A model generated the notes under the pieces. It was not told the DNA's origin, searched no databases, and was given only the letters and a program-made list of their open reading frames with translations. The position numbers were made by a program, and so were the translations under genes. From an uncultured delta proteobacterium (GTDB taxonomy: Bacteria > Myxococcota_A > Polyangia > Polyangiales > Polyangiaceae), in NCBI GenBank assembly GCA_963841435.1, contig CAWJCS010000005.1, forward strand, positions 1,248,001-1,312,000: a DNA stretch of 64,000 nucleotides. Direction: 5' to 3'. Positions 51,437 to 61,070 of this stretch are shown piece after piece; position 1 is the stretch's first letter; every line of letters starts with the position of its first letter.

Positions 51437-52203
51437 GAGAGCTCAGCTCGGAAGCGAAGACTTTGATCCAACGGGCCCGCGAAGCCGACGGTCCAGGGCC
51501 GGATCGGCGAGCGCGCGTGAAGCGCAGAGTGCTCTCCACTCTTTTCGGGAGCGGCGTGAGCCTCGGTGCCGCGACCGCCACGGCGGGCCCCGCGCTGCTC
51601 GGCACGAAGAGCGCGCTCTCGACGGGCGTGATCTTCGCCTGGCTCGGCGCGGGACTGGCGCTCGGCACGGTGGTGTCGGCGCCTGCCCTCGTCATGAAGC
51701 TTGAGCGCGGCGGGCCGCCGGCGGCCGTGGCCTCTGCACGAGACCGCGAGCAGGCCCCGCCGTCTCAAAGGCCCAGCGAGCCGGAGGGCGTCGCACCCCG
51801 CGAGGCACCGGCGCCCGCCGTCACACCCCCACCCGCGGCCCCACCCGCGGAGAGGCATGCCTGGGTGGCACCCGCGGCGCCGCCGTCGCTGGTCGAGAGC
51901 GCGCCGAGCTTGGCCGACGAAACGCGCCTGCTCGAGGCAGCCCAGCGGGAGCTGGCGTCCGGCCGAGCGGCATCGGCGCTCTCGCTTCTCGACAAGCACC
52001 GCCAGCGGTTTCCGAACGCCGCCCTCGCGGAGGAGCGCAGCGCCGCGCGCGTGCTCACGCTGTGCGCGCTCGGTCGCACCGAGGAAGCGCGCCGGGCGGC
52101 CTGGGCGTTCCTCGCCGTGGCGCCGACTTCTCCGCTCGTTCCCCGGTTGCGCGGCTCGTGCGCGCTCGACGGCGCTGCCGATGATGCGATACCGACACGC
52201 TGA
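51433..52203 (+). CDS. Putative anti-sigma factor: TM helix, Pro-rich linker, C-terminal TPR-like domain (module 3)
   Basis: ATGA overlap with the sigma stop; SLADETRLLEAAQREL..HRQRFPNAALAEERSAARVLTLCALGR..PTSPLVPRL, homologous to 23432-24367. Confidence 0.78.
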   Translation: MRELSSEAKTLIQRAREADGPGPDRRARVKRRVLSTLFGSGVSLGAATATAGPALLGTKSALSTGVIFAWLGAGLALGTVVSAPALVMKLERGGPPAAVASARDREQAPPSQRPSEPEGVAPREAPAPAVTPPPAAPPAERHAWVAPAAPPSLVESAPSLADETRLLEAAQRELASGRAASALSLLDKHRQRFPNAALAEERSAARVLTLCALGRTEEARRAAWAFLAVAPTSPLVPRLRGSCALDGAADDAIPTR

Positions 52204-52798
52204 GCTTTGCCTTTCCATTTCGCTGGTCGTCGGCTGTAGCGGCCGCGACCTCGTGATCGGCGGCGATCCCGAGCGCGAGGCGGCTCAGACCCCGGCCGCG
52301 GGCAGCTCGGGCACCGACGCGGGAACGGGCGGGGCCGCGGGCTCGAGCAGCGCGGGCAGCGGCGCTGTCATCGGCTCGAGCGGCGGCTCGAGCGGCGCCG
52401 GCGCCGAGGGCGGCGCGCCCACCGGCGACGATCCTTACCCCCCCGTGGCGTGGGAGAACGGCACCGGCTATCGCACGAGCTGCCCGAGCTACGAGAACAC
52501 CTGGGGATTTACCTGCTGGTCACTCTCGGACGTTGCGACCTCCTGCGAGACCGACGGCGACCCGCCGTGCAATGCCTGCTCGTGCGCCGTGCCCTGTGAC
52601 CAGGACGCCGACTGCCCGCTCGGTCGAAACGGGGAGGCGGCGGTGTGCGCCGGTTCGAGCACGACCGTGCGCTCGTGCTTCATCTCCTGCGAAGGCGACC
52701 CCTGCCCCACGGGCATGAGCTGCTCGGACTATCCGGGCGGCACGGCGCGCGTTTGCTCGTGGGTCGACCCCGTGGTGAGCCACGGCACTCCGAAGTGA
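52181..52798 (+). CDS. Lipoprotein with Gly/Ser linker and Cys-rich C-terminal domain (module 3)
   Basis: Overlaps the anti-sigma stop; lipobox VVGC; GSSG linker; C-terminal domain with many Cys. Confidence 0.72.
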   Translation: MMRYRHAELCLSISLVVGCSGRDLVIGGDPEREAAQTPAAGSSGTDAGTGGAAGSSSAGSGAVIGSSGGSSGAGAEGGAPTGDDPYPPVAWENGTGYRTSCPSYENTWGFTCWSLSDVATSCETDGDPPCNACSCAVPCDQDADCPLGRNGEAAVCAGSSTTVRSCFISCEGDPCPTGMSCSDYPGGTARVCSWVDPVVSHGTPK

Positions 52799-52828
52799 CC
52801 CGTCGCGCCGCGGCCGGAGCGCGGGGGA

Positions 52829-53206
52829 TCACTCCATGCGCAGCAGCACGGCGCGCACGTGAGCAAACTCGCGGAGCAAGCGCACGAGCGCCGCGTCCGA
52901 CGCGCGCCAGTCGTCACGCTCGAGGTACTCCTCGAGATTCGTGGCAACCTGGCGCAGCCTGAGAACGCCCAAGCTTGCCGCCGCGCCCTTGAGCGTGTGC
53001 ACGGAGCTCAGCGCGCGAGCGAGCTGCCGCTCGCGCACGGCGTCGGACAGGAGAGCGATGCGTTTCTCGACGTCCGTGACGAACATCGAGACGAGCTCGA
53101 GCAAGAATTCCCGCGACACGTCACGCGCGATCGATTCGAGCCGGAAGTTCTCGAGGGTAGGGATCGGCGTGGGGCTGGTCATCGGCGTTCGAGGTGGCTC
53201 GGTCAC
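52829..53206 (-). CDS. Stand-alone Hpt (histidine phosphotransfer) protein
   Basis: FLLELVSMF..VHTLKGAAASLG..LE; GTGA coupling to the upstream regulator. Confidence 0.9.
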   Translation of the reverse strand: MTEPPRTPMTSPTPIPTLENFRLESIARDVSREFLLELVSMFVTDVEKRIALLSDAVRERQLARALSSVHTLKGAAASLGVLRLRQVATNLEEYLERDDWRASDAALVRLLREFAHVRAVLLRME

Positions 53207-54633
53207 GCCACTTCCCCCGGGGCGGCCCCGGGGCCGAGCTCGAGCTCGGCCAGGCGCCGATAGAGCGTCGCACGGCCGATACCCAGAAGCTTTGCAGCCC
53301 GCCCCACGCTGCCACGCGTCACGCGCAGCGCCTTCCTGATCGCACGTTGCTCGAGCTCCCGGAGCGGCAGCACGCGGTCGTCTTCCCCCAACGGGTCGAC
53401 CGGGCTCGCGGACGGTTCGGGCGCCGTCATGGGTGAGCTGCCTCGAAGGTCACGCGGTAGGTCCGAAACCTCGATCTGCTCGCTCTTGCACGAGAGCACG
53501 CTGCGGTGCACGACGTTTTCGAGCTCCCGCACGTTGCCCGGCCAAGCATGACGGCCGAGCACCTCGAGCGCCTCCGACGACACGCCCCGCACGCGATGCG
53601 GCGCACGGCCGCGGAGCTTCTCGAGGAAGTGAGCGACGAGCTGTGGGATGTCGTCTACGCGCTGGCGCAACGCCGGCAGCTCGATGGGATAAACGACGAG
53701 GCGGAAGTAGAGGTCCTCGCGGAACCGTCCGGCGTCAACCTCCTCGCGCAAGTCGCGATGCGTCGCGCAGATGATGCGGACGTCCACCGGGATCTCCTGA
53801 TTGCCGCCCACGCGTCGCACCGTGCGCTCTTGCAACGTGCGCAGCAGCACCGCCTGCGTCGCCGCACTCATCTCGCCGATCTCGTCGAGCAAGAGCGTGC
53901 CGCCCCTGGCTCTCTCGAAGCACCCGAGACGCGTCTGGATCGCACCCGTGAACGCCCCGCGCTCATGACCGAAAAGCTCGGACTCCAGGAGCGACGCCGG
54001 GATAGCAGCGCAATTGATCGCGACGAACGGCCCCTGCTTGCGCGGGCCGCCGCTGTGGATGGCCCGAGCGATGAGCTCCTTGCCGGTGCCGCTTTCCCCG
54101 TGCAAGCAAACTCCAACGTCGCTTTCGACGACGCGCTCCACTTGGTGCGACAGCTCGCGCATGGCAACGCTCGTACCGATGAGCGTCTCGAATAGGCGAC
54201 CGCTGCCCAGCGCGTTCTGGAGATCCTTTACCCGATCGAGCAGTCGGCGTCGTTCGCAGGCGCGGCGCACCGAGTGCAGCAGCCTGTCACGGTCCACTGG
54301 CTTCGTGAGGTAGTCGTAGGCACCCGCTCGCATAGCGGCGACGGCCGTGTCGACCTCGCGCTCGGCCGTCACGACGATGGTGGGCAGCTCGGGATCGCGC
54401 TCCCTTAGGTAGCTCATCACGTCGAGGCCGCTGGCTTCCCCGAGACCGAGGTCGATGCAAGCGACCGATGCCGAGGGCCCGGGATTCTCGCGCACGGAGG
54501 AGGCCGACGCGTGCTCGGAAACCACGTATCCGGCACCTTCCAGCCAGGTCCGCGTGAGACGGCGGGTGGTCGGATCGTCCTCGACCAGCACCACGACCTC
54601 ACCTGCCGCGTCGCGCCCGACCGGCTCGTTCAT
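53203..54633 (-). CDS. Sigma-54-dependent response regulator (NtrC family)
   Basis: Receiver (VEDD, CIDL, GAYDYLTKP), GESGTGKE, ESELFGHERGAFTGA, LLDEIGE, WPGNVREL, Fis HTH AAKLLGIGRATLYRRL. Confidence 0.96.
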   Translation of the reverse strand: MNEPVGRDAAGEVVVLVEDDPTTRRLTRTWLEGAGYVVSEHASASSVRENPGPSASVACIDLGLGEASGLDVMSYLRERDPELPTIVVTAEREVDTAVAAMRAGAYDYLTKPVDRDRLLHSVRRACERRRLLDRVKDLQNALGSGRLFETLIGTSVAMRELSHQVERVVESDVGVCLHGESGTGKELIARAIHSGGPRKQGPFVAINCAAIPASLLESELFGHERGAFTGAIQTRLGCFERARGGTLLLDEIGEMSAATQAVLLRTLQERTVRRVGGNQEIPVDVRIICATHRDLREEVDAGRFREDLYFRLVVYPIELPALRQRVDDIPQLVAHFLEKLRGRAPHRVRGVSSEALEVLGRHAWPGNVRELENVVHRSVLSCKSEQIEVSDLPRDLRGSSPMTAPEPSASPVDPLGEDDRVLPLRELEQRAIRKALRVTRGSVGRAAKLLGIGRATLYRRLAELELGPGAAPGEVA

Positions 54634-54789
54634 ACTTGAAACATCCACCGTCACGGAGAGAGTAACGGCACGCTTTGGGATGGCATTAGAGGGGGAGTGC
54701 CCCCAAAGCGTCACGGGCTTCCCGATTCGGGACGAACGCCTGTCTCGCCACGGTACATGCCGGGGGGATCGGCCGCCGCGACCAAGTGC

Positions 54790-54802
54790 TAACTCATTGA
54801 AA
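54790..54802 (-). promoter_or_regulatory. Candidate IHF binding site
   Basis: Minus strand reads TTTCAATGAGTTA, one mismatch to WATCAANNNNTTR, inside the most AT-rich patch of the region. Confidence 0.45.
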
Positions 54803-54831
54803 ATTATGATAATTATTGCCTAGAAGCAGCA

Positions 54832-54846
54832 TGGAACAAGTCTTGC
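54832..54846 (+). promoter_or_regulatory. Candidate sigma-54 (-24/-12) promoter
   Basis: TGGAAC-AAGTC-TTGC gives GG-N10-GC, one mismatch to TGGCAC-N5-TTGC; divergent from an NtrC-family activator gene. Confidence 0.5.
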
Positions 54847-54858
54847 GGAGGGGTGACC

Positions 54859-55551
54859 ATGATGCCCGCCTCCGATCGAAGCCCGCTCCCCGGCGACCGC
54901 GTGGTCTCCTGTACCGTCCCCGGCCGCCGCAGCTCCGATGCCGTGGAAATCGTCACCCTGGGCGACCAGCGGACCGGTGTGGTGGTTCTCGACGTGCGGG
55001 CGGCTCGCGATCCGGAGCCACTCCGTGCCCACCTCGCGAAGGCGGCTCACGCCGCGCTCATCACGCACGAGCCGATGCACACGCTCGTCGCCCGGCTGCG
55101 CACGATCGTCTGCGAGGCGGTTGCGGCGAGCGTCGGCATCATCGCGATCAGGACCTCCTGGCTCGACGGACGCGTGGAGCTGCTCAACGCGGGTATGCCG
55201 CCCGTCGCCTGCGTCCTGCCGGATGGACGGCTCCTCCAGTTCCCGGCGCTGTCGGCTGACGTAGGTCCCCGGGTGCATCGCGCCCACCCGTACGAGCTCA
55301 TCCCCCTGACGCCGGGCAGCGTCTTCGTGCTCGCGTCGGACGGCGCCACGGCAGGCTCCCTCGAGGATGCCGACCAGCTCTGGAACGCGCTCGGTCTCCC
55401 CGACCAGGCGAGTGCCCTCGCGCAGCTGACCGACGACGAGCTCGCCGCTCAGGTCGCACCTTCGCTCGGACCCGCGCCGCTCAGCGAGGACGCGACCGTC
55501 GCCATCGTCCCGACGCGTCGTCACCCGCGCAGCCGCTCGGGCATCGTCTGA
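54859..55551 (+). CDS. SpoIIE/PP2C-like phosphatase domain protein (stand-alone)
   Basis: SSDAV..VVVLDV, ELLNAGMPP, VFVLASDG, EDATVAIV. Confidence 0.8.
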   Translation: MMPASDRSPLPGDRVVSCTVPGRRSSDAVEIVTLGDQRTGVVVLDVRAARDPEPLRAHLAKAAHAALITHEPMHTLVARLRTIVCEAVAASVGIIAIRTSWLDGRVELLNAGMPPVACVLPDGRLLQFPALSADVGPRVHRAHPYELIPLTPGSVFVLASDGATAGSLEDADQLWNALGLPDQASALAQLTDDELAAQVAPSLGPAPLSEDATVAIVPTRRHPRSRSGIV

Positions 55552-55558
55552 CGAGAGC

Positions 55559-55582
55559 GCGGCTCACCGGACGGTGAGCCGC
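55559..55582. terminator. GC-rich hairpin between convergent genes (possible bidirectional terminator)
   Basis: GCGGCTCACC-GGAC-GGTGAGCCGC perfect inverted repeat; no U-tract. Confidence 0.5.
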
Positions 55583-55591
55583 TAAGCAGCT

Positions 55592-56509
55592 TCAGAGCTT
55601 CGAATTCAGGGGGTCGTTGGCGTTGCCGCCCGAGCGGAACACCGAGGAGCTCGAGCTGCTGCGGTTCGACGAGCGCACGCCCCGGCCGGAGCGTGGCGCC
55701 TTCTTCTTCGCAGCGCGATCCTTGTCCTGCTCGGCGAGCTTCGCCCTCACGTCGTCGCTGAGACGCGAGTCGGCATTCTTGTCGGCAGCCGTGGGCTCGG
55801 AGGGCGCGGCCGCCGCGGGCGGCGGGCTCGCCGCCGGGTGCAGCGGCGTCTTCCAGTCACCGAGTGACGCGGGGCTCGGACCGGTGAGCGGTGTGGTGGT
55901 CGGAACCGGCACGGCGGCGACGGGCGGCACGCTGCTCGCCTTGACGACACCGAAGCCCGCGGCGCCGAGCACGACGGCGGCGGCGAGCACGACGCCGAAG
56001 GTCTTTGCCTTGCTGCGCTTGAACGGGGCGTCGAGCTGGCCGAGATCCAGGTCCTGGACGACCGGAACGGTGCTGAGAGGCGCCATGCTGCTCGGCGCGG
56101 CGCTGGCCGGCGGCCAGCTCGCGGCGGAGGCCGGCGCAACACTTCCCATTTTGGCATGGGCGGCCGGCGCGCGCGACGCGCCCGGCGTGGGTCCCCAGGC
56201 AGCCGCCGGAGGCCACGCGCTCTCGCGCGACGAGGCCTGTGGCGGGTAGCTCGGCGTCGCCATCACGGCGGGCAGCGCGGGAGTCAGCGGCGCCGCGGGA
56301 GCGGCGGCCTGAGCGGGCGCCTCGTCCTCGTCGGGCAGGTCCGCAACCTCCGCGAGAGTGTGCCATTCGCTGGCGCCCACCTCCGTCACCAGCGTCTTCG
56401 CGCTGATCCGGCCTGCCTCGTAAGCCTCGACGAGCTCGTCGAGGGTCATCATCTGAACGCTGCCAGCGATCTCCACGTACCAGCGGTCTTCGGCTTCGGG
56501 GCTCTGCAT
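55592..56509 (-). CDS. GYF_2/DUF4339-like N-terminal domain membrane protein with Pro/Ala-rich linkers
   Basis: WYVEIAG..MTLDELVEAYEAGRISAKTLV..GASEWHTL; one TM helix; C-terminal DPLNSKL. Confidence 0.75.
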   Translation of the reverse strand: MQSPEAEDRWYVEIAGSVQMMTLDELVEAYEAGRISAKTLVTEVGASEWHTLAEVADLPDEDEAPAQAAAPAAPLTPALPAVMATPSYPPQASSRESAWPPAAAWGPTPGASRAPAAHAKMGSVAPASAASWPPASAAPSSMAPLSTVPVVQDLDLGQLDAPFKRSKAKTFGVVLAAAVVLGAAGFGVVKASSVPPVAAVPVPTTTPLTGPSPASLGDWKTPLHPAASPPPAAAAPSEPTAADKNADSRLSDDVRAKLAEQDKDRAAKKKAPRSGRGVRSSNRSSSSSSVFRSGGNANDPLNSKL

Positions 56510-56741
56510 GGGGTCGTTCTCCGTGCGCGGCGCGAACGGCACGCGCTGTTGAACCCTCAAGATAGCTTGGAACCCGCGGCGCGCGAGGCGCAAAACATCA
56601 AGAAAAGCGGACGCTTGGGCACTAGTACGGTACGAATTCAATGATGCTGTCATCCCGTTTCCTTACAGACACCCACATGGCCTTCCGCTCGCGGGCGCCT
56701 TCTCTTTTCGTCCCGGACCCGACCGGGTATCGTCAGCGGTC

Positions 56742-57287
56742 GTGAAGCTCAAGACGCGCACGATCGCGCGACTCCGCGACGCCCTTTTGCAGAGCGGCCG
56801 GCGCCCGAGCCTCGTCGCCTCGTCCGCGTACGAGACGCTGACGCGCGAAGGTCTCCTCACTCCCGAGGAGGTCGCCGCGCTGAACCGCGTCGAGCCGCTC
56901 GCCGAGACCATGTTCTTGATGATGGCCGCCGACGGCAAGCTCACCACGGAGGAGCACGACGCCGTGCGCGGCGCCATTCGCGGCCTCACCGACAACGTGC
57001 TCCGGACGGGCACGATCAACGTGATGCTCGACAACTATCAGGGACGCCTGGACTCGGAAGGGCGCGAGGAGCGCCTGCACCAGATCGCCGAGACGATTTC
57101 CGAGGAAGCGAGCGAGGCCGAGGGCGCCTTCGCGCTCGCCGCGGCCGTGGCGCTCGCGGACGACGACATCGCCGAGGAGGAGAACGCGTTCATCAACCTC
57201 CTCGCCGAGTGGCTCGGTATCGCTCCCGATCGCTCCCGAGAGCTCCTCGACCAGCTCGAGGACGACGACGCCGAACCCGCGGCGTGA
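56742..57287 (+). CDS. TerB family protein
   Basis: MMAADGKLTTEE and VALADDDIAEEE motifs. Confidence 0.8.
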   Translation: MKLKTRTIARLRDALLQSGRRPSLVASSAYETLTREGLLTPEEVAALNRVEPLAETMFLMMAADGKLTTEEHDAVRGAIRGLTDNVLRTGTINVMLDNYQGRLDSEGREERLHQIAETISEEASEAEGAFALAAAVALADDDIAEEENAFINLLAEWLGIAPDRSRELLDQLEDDDAEPAA

Positions 57288-57376
57288 CGCGCGAACCGAG
57301 CCCGCGCACCCAAGGCTCGGTGCTCGGCGTGGTCTGACGGCTCCAGCATGACGCGCGCTCCCACGCAGGGAACGCG

Positions 57377-58664
57377 ATGACGCGCGCGCGCACGTTCGGC
57401 TGCGCAGCGCTGCTCTTCGCGTTCGGTTGTGGCTCACACACGTCGGCGTACCCGCCGCCGCCCGTACCCGTCGCGGCTCTTCCCAAGCGCTACGATCTTT
57501 GCGCGATCGCTCCCAAGGATTGCGCTGTCGAGATCGTACAATATGGCCAGCGCGACTACCGAGCGTCGCCGGAGATTTTGCTCACGGGGCCACTCTCGGG
57601 AGCACCCGCCGTCCGACGGCCGTCCCGGATGGGCCGCCTGTTGCGCGTCGCCGAAAAGGCGGCCGACACGACGCCACGCGCGCCGAGCCCACCCTCCGTG
57701 ACACCCGCGTCGAGGCCGCAGCAGGGACGCGAGCTCGTCGATCTCGAGGCCACGCTGCGCCTCGAGACGGACGACGTCGATGCCGCCGCTCGGAAGGCGC
57801 GCGCGCTCGTCCTCGCCGTCGGCGGGCAAATCGCCAACGAGACCTACGAGGACAATGCGTCGCAGTCGGGCTATGCGCTTTCGTTGCGCGTGCCGTCCGA
57901 GCGGGCAGATTGGCTGCTTCGCGAGCTTTCGGGCCTCGGCAAGGTGCTGTCCCGCAAGGTCGACGCGAGCGACGTGAGCCGCAAGCTCGGCGATGCCGAG
58001 AGCGTGCTCGAGAACCTCGAGGTGGCGCTTTCACGCTACCAGGAGCTCGCGAAGGCCGCAGCGGACGTTCGAGCAGATGACGGCGATCGAGCGCGAGCTC
58101 GAGCGTGTCCGCACGGCGATCGATCGCGTCAAGACGGATCTAGCTTGGATGCGCGACCGCGTCGCGCGGTCCACCGTGTACCTTCAGCTCACCCGCACGG
58201 CGGCCGACGTGGTCTCCGACGAGGCCAAGCTCTACCCCGGGCTACGGCTGCCGTTCGCCGTCGCGCTAAGGAGCGATGGGACGAGCTCCCGCTACCTCGG
58301 CGGTGGCCTCTCGATGTTCATCGTGCGCCCGTTCAACTTCGACCTGGACATAACGACGGACCTCGACGGAACCGAGCGCGACGGCCTCGATCTCCTGCTC
58401 GCGACGGTGGGCGTGGAGCTCTACTCGAACCTGCTCGGCGCGGGACACCGGCGCTTTCTCAATCCGTACTTCGGTTTTCGCGCCGGCTACGCGAACCTGT
58501 TCGGCGACGACGCCGTCGCCCTGGGTGGCAGCCTGGGGCTCGAGCTCTTCCGCTCCGAGCTGATGTTCGTCGAGGTTCAGACGCGGGCCTACGCGCTCGC
58601 GGGCACGGCTCGCGGCACACAGGCCCTCGTCGAGCCGGCCATCGCCCTGCACCTCGCGTATTGA
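57377..58664 (+). CDS. DUF4349-domain lipoprotein with C-terminal beta-strand domain, split by a +1 frameshift at about 58063
   Basis: Lipobox AFGC; GGQI..LRVPSE..LGKV..DVS in frame 2 continues as FEQMTAIERELERVR..MRDRVARSTVYL in frame 3; ends IALHLAY. Confidence 0.78.
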
Positions 58665-59930
58665 TCAACCGCCGTGCGAGGCCGGGGCGTCGGCGGGCAG
58701 CGTGGGCTCGTCCGCGAGCGGCTCGAGCTCGAAGCACCCGTTTGCGTCCACGGGCCCGACGCGGCTGCCGTCCTTGCCGGCCGAGATCGCCACGAGATGC
58801 TCGCGCGTCTCGTTCGAGCGCGGGTCGTCGGGGGGAATCGGCTTCGGCACGTGACCGTCGAGGCCCACGGGGCAAGCCCAGACGCGCGTCCGCCGGCCGG
58901 GCTCGAACGACAGCCGCGCCACGACCCCGATGTTCGTGAAGCGCGCCCAGTCGTGGCCCGCGAAGACGAAGTTGCCCAGGCTGTAGAGGATGGGCCGCCC
59001 GGCGCCCCACGCGACACCCTGCGGCACGTGGGGGTGATGGCCGATCACGGCGTCAACCAGGCCACGCCGCGCGAGCGAAGTCAGCAGGCGCCGCGTCCCC
59101 GGCATGGGCTGAGCCTGATATTCGGCGCCGCCGTGATACGACAGGAGCACGATATCGGCCTCGCGGCGCGCACGCTCGAGCGCGGGCACGAGGCGCTCTT
59201 CGCGCGCCCAGGCGACGTAGTTTCGCCCCTCGTGGCGGGAAAATGGCGGCACGTTCCAGATGTGCGTCACCGCGACGATCGCGACGCGCTTGCCGCGCAA
59301 CGCGAGGATCTTCGGCGCGTACGCCTCGCTCACGGTCCGCCCAGTGCCCGCCGCGAGAACCTTTGCGCGCGCGAGGTTGTCGAGCGTCTCGAGCAGCGCG
59401 TCGCGGCCGTAATCCCAGGCGTGGTTGTTCGCAGTGGAGACCACCTGGAACCCTGCGTGCGCGAGCGTCTCGGCGCCCCCTGGTGGCCCCGTGAAGATCA
59501 GCCGGTTCCGGGGTGACTGCGTTTCGCCGTTCTGATCGCTGAGCTGCGACTCGAGGTTCGCGAAGCGGAGATCGGCTCCCGCGAACAACGGCTCGACGAA
59601 GCGAAACGGGTCATAGGTCGGGTCCGCGAGGATGGCGTCACCACATTCGCGCCCGAGGTTCACGTCGCCACCCGCCACGACGACGAACGGCTTCGGCGCG
59701 GACGCCGAGGCCGAGCCGGACGGCGAGACCCCGCTGCCGCCGGCACTCGACCCTCCGGGTGCCACGGCGGGGAGCGTGGCGGGCGCTCGGGGCGCCGTCG
59801 CGGCAACCGGGTCCCGCTCCCGCTCCCGTGCCGGCTGCCCGGGCGGATGCCGTACCGCCGCGGCTCCGGCGAGCGCCAGCGGAACGGCGACGGCCGAAAC
59901 GAGCAGGGCGAGCTTTCGCTTGGGGAGCAC
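58665..59930 (-). CDS. CapA family (poly-gamma-glutamate synthesis-like) metallophosphatase
   Basis: GDVNLGR, ANLES, STANNHAWDYG, HGGAEY, VIGHHPHVPQ, YSLGNFVF. Confidence 0.92.
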   Translation of the reverse strand: MLPKRKLALLVSAVAVPLALAGAAAVRHPPGQPARERERDPVAATAPRAPATLPAVAPGGSSAGGSGVSPSGSASASAPKPFVVVAGGDVNLGRECGDAILADPTYDPFRFVEPLFAGADLRFANLESQLSDQNGETQSPRNRLIFTGPPGGAETLAHAGFQVVSTANNHAWDYGRDALLETLDNLARAKVLAAGTGRTVSEAYAPKILALRGKRVAIVAVTHIWNVPPFSRHEGRNYVAWAREERLVPALERARREADIVLLSYHGGAEYQAQPMPGTRRLLTSLARRGLVDAVIGHHPHVPQGVAWGAGRPILYSLGNFVFAGHDWARFTNIGVVARLSFEPGRRTRVWACPVGLDGHVPKPIPPDDPRSNETREHLVAISAGKDGSRVGPVDANGCFELEPLADEPTLPADAPASHGG

Positions 59931-60023
59931 GACCCCCCATTATCCCAGCTTCTGCCCGTCCGGGCGAAGGGCCGACTGCCACCACCAATCCCGGGCGCCA
60001 TTAGCCGACTATCCTGGGCCGCC

Positions 60024-60986
60024 GTGAGCCGCCTTCTTTGCGTGAGCGCCCTCGCGCTGACTTCGGCTTGCGCCAGCCAATTCTACGCGAGCGGGGATGC
60101 ACCCGTGCGCTCACCGTGGGTCAACGCACGACCCGACGAGCTGGCGACGGGACCCGCCGCCACGTTCGTCACGAGCGTCCAGGTCGCGGGACGACGCGGC
60201 GTCCGCCTGAGGAACGCACTGCTCGCGACGAGCTCGTCGGCGCCCTGCTCCTCGACGCTGACCTTCACGCGCTTGAAGCGCGACGGCGTGGACATCACCG
60301 CCGGGCCACTCTCGCTCGAAGGCTCGCACCGGCTGACGTTCACCTTCCGCGACGAGCCTCGGCTGGCACGGCTCGACGCCGGCGCGGCGATCGATCTTGC
60401 CATCGAAGACGACGACGGCAGCGGGTGCGTGCGCGTGCCGCTGGTCGGTGGAACGAGTGCACCGCGCTTTCGTCCGAAGAACGAGCTTCGCTACGCGATG
60501 GGCGCGCGGCTCCGATCGTTTCCGCTGCAATACCGCGACCGCGGCAACGTGGCGCCGCTCGGCGGCGCGGCGTTCTGGTTCGGCGTGCAGGACCTCGCGC
60601 AGCGCGCATATATCGAGGAAAGTGCGTCTTTCACGAACAACCCCATCAGCCGCGCCTCCGGTCACCTCGCACTGGCGGCGGCGTACGCGCGCAAGCTCTC
60701 GCTGGGCGGACCGTTCGAGGCATCGCTCGCGTTCGGCTACCAGCTCGACGGCTACTTCGCCCGCGAGCCCGGCGAGGAACGGAGCCGCCGCCACCTCTTG
60801 CACGGACCCGAGCTCACACCTGCGGTCTCGGTCGCGCTCGTCCCCGGCAATCATCCCGCGACCACGCTCGGCGGCACGCTGCACCTCGAGATCGGCGTGC
60901 CGACAGTGGTCCTCCTCGGCGCCCCCAATGCCGAGGGCGCAACGGTCGTCGGCGGCTTCACCTTCGGCTGCTTCGGGGTCTTTTGA
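60024..60986 (+). CDS. Hypothetical lipoprotein with C-terminal beta-strand-rich domain
   Basis: Lipobox TSAC; amphipathic strands ending GFTFGCFGVF. Confidence 0.6.
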   Translation: MSRLLCVSALALTSACASQFYASGDAPVRSPWVNARPDELATGPAATFVTSVQVAGRRGVRLRNALLATSSSAPCSSTLTFTRLKRDGVDITAGPLSLEGSHRLTFTFRDEPRLARLDAGAAIDLAIEDDDGSGCVRVPLVGGTSAPRFRPKNELRYAMGARLRSFPLQYRDRGNVAPLGGAAFWFGVQDLAQRAYIEESASFTNNPISRASGHLALAAAYARKLSLGGPFEASLAFGYQLDGYFAREPGEERSRRHLLHGPELTPAVSVALVPGNHPATTLGGTLHLEIGVPTVVLLGAPNAEGATVVGGFTFGCFGVF

Positions 60987-61070
60987 CCGTCAGGGTGGAA
61001 ACCCGTGGAGCGCCCACGCGCGAGAAATCCCCCTGCCGGCAGGCGCCCCGCGGTGCTAGATAGGTCGGCC

